Both the position numbers and the translations under genes were made by a program. Shown here piece by piece: positions 29,097-36,699 of a DNA stretch of 38,016 nt (its first letter is position 1; every line of letters begins with the position of its first letter). Source of the stretch: Nautiliaceae bacterium (GTDB lineage: Bacteria > Campylobacterota > Campylobacteria > Campylobacterales > Nautiliaceae); the NCBI GenBank assembly GCA_027035735.1, contig JALVUH010000079.1, forward strand, positions 1-38,016. Direction: 5' to 3'. The notes beneath the pieces were generated by a model. It was not told the origin of the DNA. It ran no database searches and worked only from the letters and a program-made list of their open reading frames with translations.

Positions 29097-29727
29097 AGAT
29101 GATGAGTTTATTGGTGAATCAATAAAAGAGTATTTAGAGATGCAAGATAATAGGGTAGATTACTATTCTTCTCCAATAAAAGCATTAGAAGAAGTATATC
29201 CAGATCATTATGATATTTTTTTATTGGATATCAATATGCCAGAGATGAATGGATATGAACTTTACAAAGAACTTAAAAATTATGCAAAAGATGTGCCAGT
29301 TATTTTTATAACTGCTTATTCAGATATAGATCATGTAGAAAAAGCATTTGATTTAGGAGCTGCTGATTATATAAAAAAACCATTTGAGCTTAAAGAGCTT
29401 GAACTTAGAATTAAAAGACTTGTTTTTAAAAATACAAATGAAATTAAGATTACACAAAATTATAAATTTGACTTAGATAAATTGAAACTTTTTTATAAAG
29501 ATGAAGAGGTTGATTTAACTCAGAATGAAAAATATTTTCTTGAAATGCTTGTTAAAAATATAGGGCAAGTAGTGGAGCTTGAGAGACTTAAAGATTATGT
29601 ATGGGATGGAAAAGATATTTGTAATAATACAATAAGAACTCAAGTTAAAAAATTAAGAAATAAATTACATGAAAATTTCATTAAAAATATAAGAGGTATT
29701 GGATATAAGATTGAGAAGTTCAAGTGA
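29077..29727 (+). CDS. OmpR/PhoB-family response regulator
   Basis: Receiver domain (ILLVEDDE..., phospho-acceptor in DIFLLDINMPEMNG, conserved K in YIKKPF). C-terminal winged-helix DNA-binding domain (TIRTQVKKLRNKL...IRGIGYKI). The start overlaps modC by 20 nt. Confidence 0.9.
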   Translation: MRILLVEDDEFIGESIKEYLEMQDNRVDYYSSPIKALEEVYPDHYDIFLLDINMPEMNGYELYKELKNYAKDVPVIFITAYSDIDHVEKAFDLGAADYIKKPFELKELELRIKRLVFKNTNEIKITQNYKFDLDKLKLFYKDEEVDLTQNEKYFLEMLVKNIGQVVELERLKDYVWDGKDICNNTIRTQVKKLRNKLHENFIKNIRGIGYKIEKFK

Positions 29728-31336
29728 TTTTAAATTTGATTTAACGTTTGCCTTTGTTATTTTTGCTTTTGTAATTATTGTGATTACTACTTATACTTCA
29801 ATTTATATGTTTACAAGACTTACTACTCAAGAATTTGAAGATAAAATTAAAATTTTGGCTGAAAATATTTATTTGAACTATAAAGCAAAAGAAAATATTA
29901 TAAAAAATACAACTTTAGCTCTTGCTAAAAATGATATTTTTAATTCTACTTTTACTCCTAATGATGCTATTTTAAAATCTGTATTCAAAACAATGCTTTA
30001 TGCTAATAGTGATTTGATTCAAATAGATTATTTTAATAATTATGGAAAAAATATTATTTCTTGTAAAAAGATAAACGGAACAATATATTGTGGAAGTTCA
30101 GATAAATTTTTGAAGGTTGAAAACTTTAAAAGTGATAAAAATATTTTTTTTCAAGAAAAATTTAAAAATAATGCTATAGAATTTATTGCGTTTGCGCCTG
30201 TAAAAATAGAAAAATTCCCAGGATTTATTGAAGTAAAGGCATTAATTAAAGGATTATTTAGAAATAATAATTTTTATCATTTTATTATAATAGATAAAAA
30301 TGGAAATATTTTATTATCAGATGTTTATAAATATAAAAATTTGAATGATATATTTAGTTATTTTTTAAATAAAAAAATTTTAAAAACTAATGAAGGTTTT
30401 GTCACAGAAGGAATATATATTAAAAAATTAAATAATAAAATTAAAATGATTTTTATACAAAATAAAAATCTTATAAATAAAACAAACGAAATTTCAAAAA
30501 CTCTTACTGTTATTATGATAATTTTATCTATTTTTTTTGCTATTCCTCTTGGAATGTTTTTTTCAAGACCTTTATATACTTTTTATCAAGAGTTGGATAG
30601 AAGAGTAAAAGAAGAAATTGAAAAAAGACAAGAAAAAGAACAATTGCTTATTGCTCAAAGTAAGTTAGCAGCATTGGGTGAAATGTTAGGAAATATAGCA
30701 CATCAATGGAGACATCCATTAACTAGATTATCTCTTTTAATTCAAAATTTTGAACTTGCGGCAAGCAAAAATAGATTAACTCCTGAATTTATTGAAAAAT
30801 TTAAGACTCAAGCTAATGCTCAAATTCAATATATGTCTCAAACAATTGATGATTTTACTAATTTTTTTAAAAAAGATACAAAAAAGGTAGAATTCTGTCC
30901 AAAAGAGATAATAGAAGAAGCTTTAAAATTAATTGAGGGGAGACTTAAACAAAATAGAGTAGAAGTTAAGTTGGATTTTATAAAAACAGAATCTATTGTG
31001 GGATACAAAAGTGAATTTTCACAAGTAATATTAAATATTCTTAATAATGCCATTGATGTATTAAAAGAAAGAGATATTAAAAATAGAAAAATTTGGATTA
31101 GAATTAATGGTAAAAAAATAGAAATAGAAGATAATGCGGGAGGAATTCCAGAAGAGATAAAAGATAAAATATTTGAACCATATTTCACTACTAAATTCCA
31201 ATCTCAAGGTACAGGTATTGGACTTTATATGAGTAAAGTTATTATTAATCAACATTTTAATGGAGAACTTTATGCATATAATTCTAAAAATGGAGCTGTT
31301 TTTGTAATAGATTTATCTAAAAAAAGCACTTTTTAA
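29699..31336 (+). CDS. sensor histidine kinase with a ~220-aa periplasmic domain
   Basis: TM1 (FAFVIFAFVIIVITTYTSIYMF), a periplasmic domain, and TM2 (LTVIMIILSIFFAIPLGMFF). H-box NIAHQWRHPL, N-box ILNNAIDV, G boxes EDNAGGIP and GTGIGLYMS. TTG start at 29699 or 29711; either overlaps the regulator gene. Confidence 0.88.
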   Translation: MDIRLRSSSDFKFDLTFAFVIFAFVIIVITTYTSIYMFTRLTTQEFEDKIKILAENIYLNYKAKENIIKNTTLALAKNDIFNSTFTPNDAILKSVFKTMLYANSDLIQIDYFNNYGKNIISCKKINGTIYCGSSDKFLKVENFKSDKNIFFQEKFKNNAIEFIAFAPVKIEKFPGFIEVKALIKGLFRNNNFYHFIIIDKNGNILLSDVYKYKNLNDIFSYFLNKKILKTNEGFVTEGIYIKKLNNKIKMIFIQNKNLINKTNEISKTLTVIMIILSIFFAIPLGMFFSRPLYTFYQELDRRVKEEIEKRQEKEQLLIAQSKLAALGEMLGNIAHQWRHPLTRLSLLIQNFELAASKNRLTPEFIEKFKTQANAQIQYMSQTIDDFTNFFKKDTKKVEFCPKEIIEEALKLIEGRLKQNRVEVKLDFIKTESIVGYKSEFSQVILNILNNAIDVLKERDIKNRKIWIRINGKKIEIEDNAGGIPEEIKDKIFEPYFTTKFQSQGTGIGLYMSKVIINQHFNGELYAYNSKNGAVFVIDLSKKSTF

Positions 31337-31356
31337 GCACACTATCTATTTATAAT
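31326..31356 (+). promoter_or_regulatory. putative promoter of the NapC/NrfH-type cytochrome gene: GCAC-N7-GCAC direct repeat, 10-nt gap, TATAAT
   Basis: AGCACTTTTTAAGCAC (half-sites at 31326 and 31337), ACTATCTATT, then TATAAT (31351-31356). The -10 ends 25 nt before the ATG at 31381. The first half-site lies in the last codons of the kinase gene. Confidence 0.45.
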
Positions 31357-31380
31357 ACAAATTAAAAAAAGGTAAAGCTT

Positions 31381-31938
31381 ATGGCAAGTAAAAAAGCTAT
31401 TTGGGGTTCTCTAATTTGTGGCGTTATTATTGGGCTTGGGTTGGCTTATGTAGCTGCAGTAGCAGTAGAAGAGACTGGAAAACCTGAATTTTGTATGAGC
31501 TGTCATGAAATGAAGCCAATGGCAGAAACTTTTGAAATTAGTGTTCATGGAGGTAATAATCCTCAAGGATTTGCTGCAACTGAATGTACCGATTGTCATT
31601 TACCGCACAATTCAATTGCTGGATATTTAGTAATGAAAGGTATTAGCGGGACAAGAGATTTTCTAGCTCATATTGGATTAATTCACAAAGTAGATTTTAA
31701 AGAAAATTTCAATGAAATGCAAAATTATGTATATGATAGTGCATGTTTAAAATGTCATAAAGGTATAAGAGATCCTGAACATGCAATAGGACTTAGTGAA
31801 AATATTAAAAAAATACATGAAGAGTTTTATTGGAAACCAAAAAATGAAGGACAAAATGTTAGCTGTGTAGAATGTCATAATGACAGAATAATGACTCATT
31901 TTGCTCATCCTAATCTTTTAGAAGTTCTTTCTGAATAA
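31381..31938 (+). CDS. membrane-anchored tetrahaem cytochrome c, NapC/NirT/NrfH family (candidate quinol dehydrogenase partner of epsilon-Hao)
   Basis: N-terminal TM anchor (IWGSLICGVIIGLGLAYVAAVAV). Four CXXCH motifs (CMSCH, CTDCH, CLKCH, CVECH). 185 aa, typical of the family. Confidence 0.88.
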   Translation: MASKKAIWGSLICGVIIGLGLAYVAAVAVEETGKPEFCMSCHEMKPMAETFEISVHGGNNPQGFAATECTDCHLPHNSIAGYLVMKGISGTRDFLAHIGLIHKVDFKENFNEMQNYVYDSACLKCHKGIRDPEHAIGLSENIKKIHEEFYWKPKNEGQNVSCVECHNDRIMTHFAHPNLLEVLSE

Positions 31939-31984
31939 TTTTCTTCTTTTTTTTCTTTTTTTTGTAAATTTAGCATTAAATTTA

Positions 31985-31993
31985 TGTTAAAAT
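31985..31993 (+). promoter_or_regulatory. extended -10 element (TGtTAAAAT) upstream of the thioredoxin-like/ccsBA genes
   Basis: TGTTAAAAT lies 20 nt upstream of the ATG at 32013, after a long T-rich tract. Confidence 0.3.
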
Positions 31994-32012
31994 ACCTAAA
32001 AAAAGGGTAACC

Positions 32013-32435
32013 ATGAAAAAAATGTTGTTATTTTTAGTGGGTGTAGTGTTTGCATTTGCTTTTGATTGGAGTGGGAAAGTAGATTGGGCTATTAGTTATA
32101 ATACTGCAAAAATGATTGCTCAAAAAGAGCATAAGTTAGTAATGGTAGATATTTCTTTATCGCATTGTCCTCCGTGTAGATATTTAGCTTCTCAAGTTTA
32201 TAGTAATGATAAAGTAGCAAATTATATTAATTCTCATTTTATTCCTGTATTTTATTTGGCTGATAGAGATAATATCCCTGTTGAAGTTCAGGCATATTTT
32301 ACAGGTTCAACTCCTACAATTTTATTTATCAAACCAAATGGAGAACTTTATAGAGAAATAATCGGTGCTAGACCTCCACAAGTATTTTTAAAAGGATTAG
32401 AAGAAATATATAATAGTTATGAAGGTAAAAAATGA
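32013..32435 (+). CDS. periplasmic thioredoxin-fold protein with CPPC active site (paralog B)
   Basis: Signal peptide, then KEHKLVMVDISLSHCPPCRYL. Collinear similarity to 15507..15920 (shared HFIP-FY-AD, YFTG, P--L-I-P, G-RP). 4-nt overlap with ccsBA. Confidence 0.8.
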   Translation: MKKMLLFLVGVVFAFAFDWSGKVDWAISYNTAKMIAQKEHKLVMVDISLSHCPPCRYLASQVYSNDKVANYINSHFIPVFYLADRDNIPVEVQAYFTGSTPTILFIKPNGELYREIIGARPPQVFLKGLEEIYNSYEGKK

Positions 32436-34957
32436 ATAATTCAGCTTTAAAAAAAATTTATAATTTCTTTTTTTCTATAGAAATGGCAGTAATTTTGGCT
32501 TTAATTTTTATTGCTGCTATGGCATGGGCTACTCTTGGATTTTATGTAGATTCTATGGGTGTAAAACATGCTTTTAGCATGACTGATTCTTGGAAATATG
32601 TATATGCGACAAAATGGTTTGAAGCTATCATGTGGCTTTTAGGTATTAATCTTATTGGTGTTATGTATAGATATAAAACTTATAAAAAGCCTCCTATATT
32701 TTTATTACATGTTTCAATTATTGTGATTTTATTAGGTGCTGCTATTACTAGATATTTTGGGTATGAAGGACAGCTTCATCTAAGAGATGGCGAAAGTAAA
32801 GATTTTATAATGGTTGAAAAATCTAAAGCAAATCCAACAGATGTATATCCTAAAAAACTTGGATTTACTGTAAGGCTTGATAGATTTGTTTTGCGTAAAT
32901 ATCCAGGAAGTATGCAACCAAGTAGTTATGATAGTTATGTTACGATTATAGATAAAGCTCATCATAAAACTTTTCAATATCATATTTATATGAATCATAT
33001 TTTAGTGTATAGAGGTTATAGATTTTATCAAGCGAGTTATGATATGGATGGAAAAGGAAGTATTCTTTCAGTAAACCATGACCCAGGAATGTATGTAACA
33101 TATCTTGGATATCTGTTATTGGCTATAGGATTTTTCTGGAGTATGGTATATAAAAAATCAAGATTTATGCTTACTGTTAAAAAACTTAAAAAAAGTGGTC
33201 TTTTTGGAATTGCTCTATTTTTAATGAGTGCCCATAATTTGCATGCATTTGATTTGCATGAATATATTAAAAAATCTTTAAAACCTTCTAATCAATGGGC
33301 TCTTACTCTTGTTCAAGAAAGAGGTAGAATTGAGCCAATGGATACATTAGATTTGGATATAGTTCATAAAATGACTTACAAATCTCATCTACTTGGAATG
33401 AATTACAATCAAATAGTTGCAGGAATGGTTGCGTTTCCTCAAGAGTTTCAAAAATTACCTTTAATATATGTAGGACATCCTACTATTAGAAAATTATTAG
33501 GTATTAAAGGAAAATATGCTCCATACAATGCATTTTTTGATGCAAAAGGTAATTTTAAATTTCAAAAACAGGTTGATCAAGCTTTAAGAACTCCTAACAA
33601 AGATAGAAATGTTTTACAAAGAGAATTTTTAAAAGTAAATGAAAGAGTTTATGTAGCTTTTACAGTTTATACAGCATCAATTTTTCATCTTTTCCCAACT
33701 CCTCATGCTTCAAGAATGAATTATAAATGGTTTTCTTTACCAGAGCTTGAACAAGCTGTAAAAATGGGACTTATGAGTCCGATGGATGCAAATTTTTACT
33801 TTAATTTATTTAAAAATTTAGTTTATGGATATCAAACATATAATGCACAAGCAGTAAAAAAAGCAAGACTTAAAATTTATCAGCTTCAAAAAACATATAG
33901 TGGTAAAATTCTTCCAAGTCCTAGTAGAATAAAATGGGAAATTACATATAATAGGTTACAAATTTTCCCAAAATTAATAGGAATTTATTCTACATTAGGT
34001 CTTATTGCTATTATTTTAGGATTTATTGAAATTTTAAAATTAAAAAAATATAAAAAATTAGAATTAATTATAGTTATTTTGGGATGGATTGCATTTTTGC
34101 TTCATACAGGAAATATGATACTTAGATGGTATATAGCAGGACATGCTCCATGGTCTGATGCTTATGAATCTATTATATTTATTGCATGGGGTGCTGCTTT
34201 TGCTTCTCTTATTTTCTTTAGGCGTTCAATGCTTTCTTTTGGTGCAGGATTTTTTGTAGCTGGTATGTTTATGATGGTTGCTCATCTTAACAATATTGAT
34301 CCTCAAATTACAAATCTTGTGCCAGTGCTTAAGTCATATTGGTTGTTAGTTCATGTTGCTGTAATTACTTCAAGTTATGGGTTTTTAGCAGTTGGTAGTA
34401 TGCTTGGATTTCTTAATTTGATTCTTTTTGCTATTGAAAAATATTTTAAAAGAGATTTGGAATTACAAATTAAACAATTAAATAATATTATTTATATTGC
34501 TTTATATATAGGATTGGCACTTTTAAGTATTGGAACATTTCTTGGTGCTGTATGGGCAAATGAATCTTGGGGTAGATATTGGTCATGGGACCCAAAAGAG
34601 ACTTGGAGTTTGATTAGTATGGTAGTTTATGCTCTTGTTATTCATACTAAAATGATTCCAAAAATGAGAGGAGAGTTTATATTTTCTTTACTTTCATTTT
34701 TGAGTTTCTTTTTCATTTTAATGACATATTTTGGAGTGAATTTCTATATTGCTCAAGGACTTCATAGTTATGGTCAAGGTATAGTTAACGGATATTGGTG
34801 GGTAGGAGTATTATTTGCTGGTATGGGTGCTTGGTTTGCAGTTGCTTTGGTAACACTTATTATGGGTATTATGCAAAAAGTAAGTAAACCTATAGAATTT
34901 CATGAAAATAATCAAAACAATGATTACCATCCAGAATTTAAAAAGGAGAATAAATGA
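32432..34957 (+). CDS. ccsBA: fused System II cytochrome c synthase CcsBA (ResB-CcsA fusion)
   Basis: 841 aa. The N-terminal ResB/CcsB-like half has a large periplasmic domain. The C-terminal CcsA half carries the WWD haem-handling motif WGRYWSWDPKETW and flanking conserved His residues. The fusion is typical of Campylobacterota. Confidence 0.9.
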   Translation: MNNSALKKIYNFFFSIEMAVILALIFIAAMAWATLGFYVDSMGVKHAFSMTDSWKYVYATKWFEAIMWLLGINLIGVMYRYKTYKKPPIFLLHVSIIVILLGAAITRYFGYEGQLHLRDGESKDFIMVEKSKANPTDVYPKKLGFTVRLDRFVLRKYPGSMQPSSYDSYVTIIDKAHHKTFQYHIYMNHILVYRGYRFYQASYDMDGKGSILSVNHDPGMYVTYLGYLLLAIGFFWSMVYKKSRFMLTVKKLKKSGLFGIALFLMSAHNLHAFDLHEYIKKSLKPSNQWALTLVQERGRIEPMDTLDLDIVHKMTYKSHLLGMNYNQIVAGMVAFPQEFQKLPLIYVGHPTIRKLLGIKGKYAPYNAFFDAKGNFKFQKQVDQALRTPNKDRNVLQREFLKVNERVYVAFTVYTASIFHLFPTPHASRMNYKWFSLPELEQAVKMGLMSPMDANFYFNLFKNLVYGYQTYNAQAVKKARLKIYQLQKTYSGKILPSPSRIKWEITYNRLQIFPKLIGIYSTLGLIAIILGFIEILKLKKYKKLELIIVILGWIAFLLHTGNMILRWYIAGHAPWSDAYESIIFIAWGAAFASLIFFRRSMLSFGAGFFVAGMFMMVAHLNNIDPQITNLVPVLKSYWLLVHVAVITSSYGFLAVGSMLGFLNLILFAIEKYFKRDLELQIKQLNNIIYIALYIGLALLSIGTFLGAVWANESWGRYWSWDPKETWSLISMVVYALVIHTKMIPKMRGEFIFSLLSFLSFFFILMTYFGVNFYIAQGLHSYGQGIVNGYWWVGVLFAGMGAWFAVALVTLIMGIMQKVSKPIEFHENNQNNDYHPEFKKENK

Positions 34958-35424
34958 TTTGTGAATTATGTGGAAGTGATAAAAATGTAACTGCTTTTAA
35001 AGTAGAACCAAAAGATGAATATGTAAATTTGTGTGAAGATTGTAAATCTCAAATAGAGAGTGGAAATTTAGATGAAAATCATTTTCAATGTTTAAATGAT
35101 ACTATGTGGAGTGAAAAAAGTGCTGTAAAAGTTTTAACATATAGACTTTTAAAAGAGCTTGGAAGAAATGATTTAATTGATATGATGTATTTAGAACCTG
35201 AAGAAGAAGCATGGGCAAATGCAGAGGTTGAAGTTAAAAAAGATGCATATGGGAATGTTCTAAAAAATGGCGATAGTGTGATGGTAATTAAAGATTTGAA
35301 TGTAAAAGGTGGAAATACTATTAAAAGAGGAGAAGTTTTTAAAAATATTCGCCTTGGTGATACTCCAGGACATATATTAGCTAAAAATATTTATATTAAA
35401 ACGGAGTTTGTTAAAAAGGTGTAA
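34954..35424 (+). CDS. zinc-ribbon protein of the PhnA/YjdM family
   Basis: N-terminal CELCGS...CEDC zinc ribbon. C-terminal PhnA-like beta domain (DAYGNVLKNGDSVMVIKDLNVKGGNTIKRGEVFKNIRL...HILAKNIYIKTEFVKK). ATGA overlap with the ccsBA stop. Confidence 0.75.
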   Translation: MICELCGSDKNVTAFKVEPKDEYVNLCEDCKSQIESGNLDENHFQCLNDTMWSEKSAVKVLTYRLLKELGRNDLIDMMYLEPEEEAWANAEVEVKKDAYGNVLKNGDSVMVIKDLNVKGGNTIKRGEVFKNIRLGDTPGHILAKNIYIKTEFVKKV

Positions 35425-35426
35425 AT

Positions 35427-36686
35427 ATGTATTTTGTAATTAGTTTTAATTATAGAAATTCTGATGTAGTGCTTAGGAGCAAATTATCAAAATTAAAGCT
35501 TGAAGATTTTGAAGATTTTAAAGAAGTTATGTTTTTGCATACATGTAATAGAATAGAAATTTTTTTTGATAAAAAAAGAGATTTGAATGAACTTTATGAT
35601 AAAGTTTTTTATAAGGTAGTCTCTCCTAAAGAGTTTTTAAAAGCAGAAATTTATGAAGGAATAGAAGCAGTAGAACATGTTTTTAAAGTTGCTGCTTCTC
35701 TTGATTCTATGGTAGTTGGTGAAACACAAATTACAGGACAATTAAAAGATGCATTTGTAGAGAGTTATGAAAAACATTTTATTTCTCAAGATTTAACAAG
35801 ACTTATTCATTTTTCATTTAAATGTGCTAAAAAAATTAGAAATCAAACTCAAATTTCTGCAGAACCTGTAAGTGTTGCAAGTATTGCTGTAAGAAGTGCA
35901 AAAGAAGAATTAGGAGATTTAAGCGGATATTCTGCTGTGGTTGTAGGAGTAGGGGATACTGCAAGGATTGTTTGTAAAAATTTGATAAAAGAGGGTGTAA
36001 ATATTATTTTGGTAAATAGAACAGTTGAAAATGCTTTTGCTCTAAAAGAAGAGCTTGGAGATGAAGTAAATATTGATGTGCATTCAATAGAGTCTTTACC
36101 TAAATTAATAAATAATTATAGACTTTTATTTTCTGCGACTTCTGCTCCTAGTTATATTATAAAAAAAGAACATATAAAACCTAAAACTTTTAAAAGACTT
36201 TGGTTTGATTTGGCAATTCCAAGTGATGTAGAAGAGGTAGAGTGTGATAATATTAAAGTTATAAAAGTTGATGATTTAAAAGAGATAAGCGAACAAAATC
36301 TTAAAAAAAGAAAAAAAGAAGTAGAAGAAGCTAATAAAGTTATAAAAAAATGTGTAAAAGAGTTTGAAAAATATCTTCAAGCTGTCTCAATTGAGCCTGT
36401 GATTAAGTTTTTACAAGATAAGGCACATGAATGTTCAAAAAGAGCACTTAAAAATGCTGTAAAAAAACATTATATTCCAGAAGAGCTTGAAGAAGAAGTA
36501 GAAAAAGTTCTTCATAATGCATTTAAAAGATTTTTGCATCATCCAAATATGACTCTTAGAAAAATGGCAGATAGTGCAGAAGTTGATATTTTTGTATCGG
36601 TTATTAAAAGACTTTTTGGGGAAAATGGTTTAAAAATGGATATGAATAAATGTGAATATCATATGGAAAAAGGTATTTTTAAATAA
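35427..36686 (+). CDS. hemA: glutamyl-tRNA reductase
   Basis: Catalytic-Cys motif HTCNRIE, VASLDSMVVGETQITGQLK, and NADPH-binding VVVGVGDTARIVCKNL. Confidence 0.9.
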   Translation: MYFVISFNYRNSDVVLRSKLSKLKLEDFEDFKEVMFLHTCNRIEIFFDKKRDLNELYDKVFYKVVSPKEFLKAEIYEGIEAVEHVFKVAASLDSMVVGETQITGQLKDAFVESYEKHFISQDLTRLIHFSFKCAKKIRNQTQISAEPVSVASIAVRSAKEELGDLSGYSAVVVGVGDTARIVCKNLIKEGVNIILVNRTVENAFALKEELGDEVNIDVHSIESLPKLINNYRLLFSATSAPSYIIKKEHIKPKTFKRLWFDLAIPSDVEEVECDNIKVIKVDDLKEISEQNLKKRKKEVEEANKVIKKCVKEFEKYLQAVSIEPVIKFLQDKAHECSKRALKNAVKKHYIPEELEEEVEKVLHNAFKRFLHHPNMTLRKMADSAEVDIFVSVIKRLFGENGLKMDMNKCEYHMEKGIFK

Positions 36687-36699
36687 TTAAGGAGAAAAA

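Noticed and set aside
3811-33833. This entry concerns 3811..3833 only (the end coordinate should read 3833): the inverted repeat GAGAAA-N11-TTTCTC spanning the abutting convergent stop codons of the OmpA-family gene and the amidohydrolase gene.
   Set aside because: The stem is 6 bp and AT-rich, with an 11-nt loop and no clear flanking T-tracts on both strands. It may be a weak bidirectional terminator but the support is insufficient.
34516-34527. GGCACTTTTAAG, identical to the first 12 nt of the haoA-upstream repeat, inside ccsBA coding sequence
   Set aside because: The second half-site is absent (TATT instead of RCAC) and the sequence is deep inside a gene. It is treated as a chance half-site, but it shows the motif needs a genome-wide statistical check.
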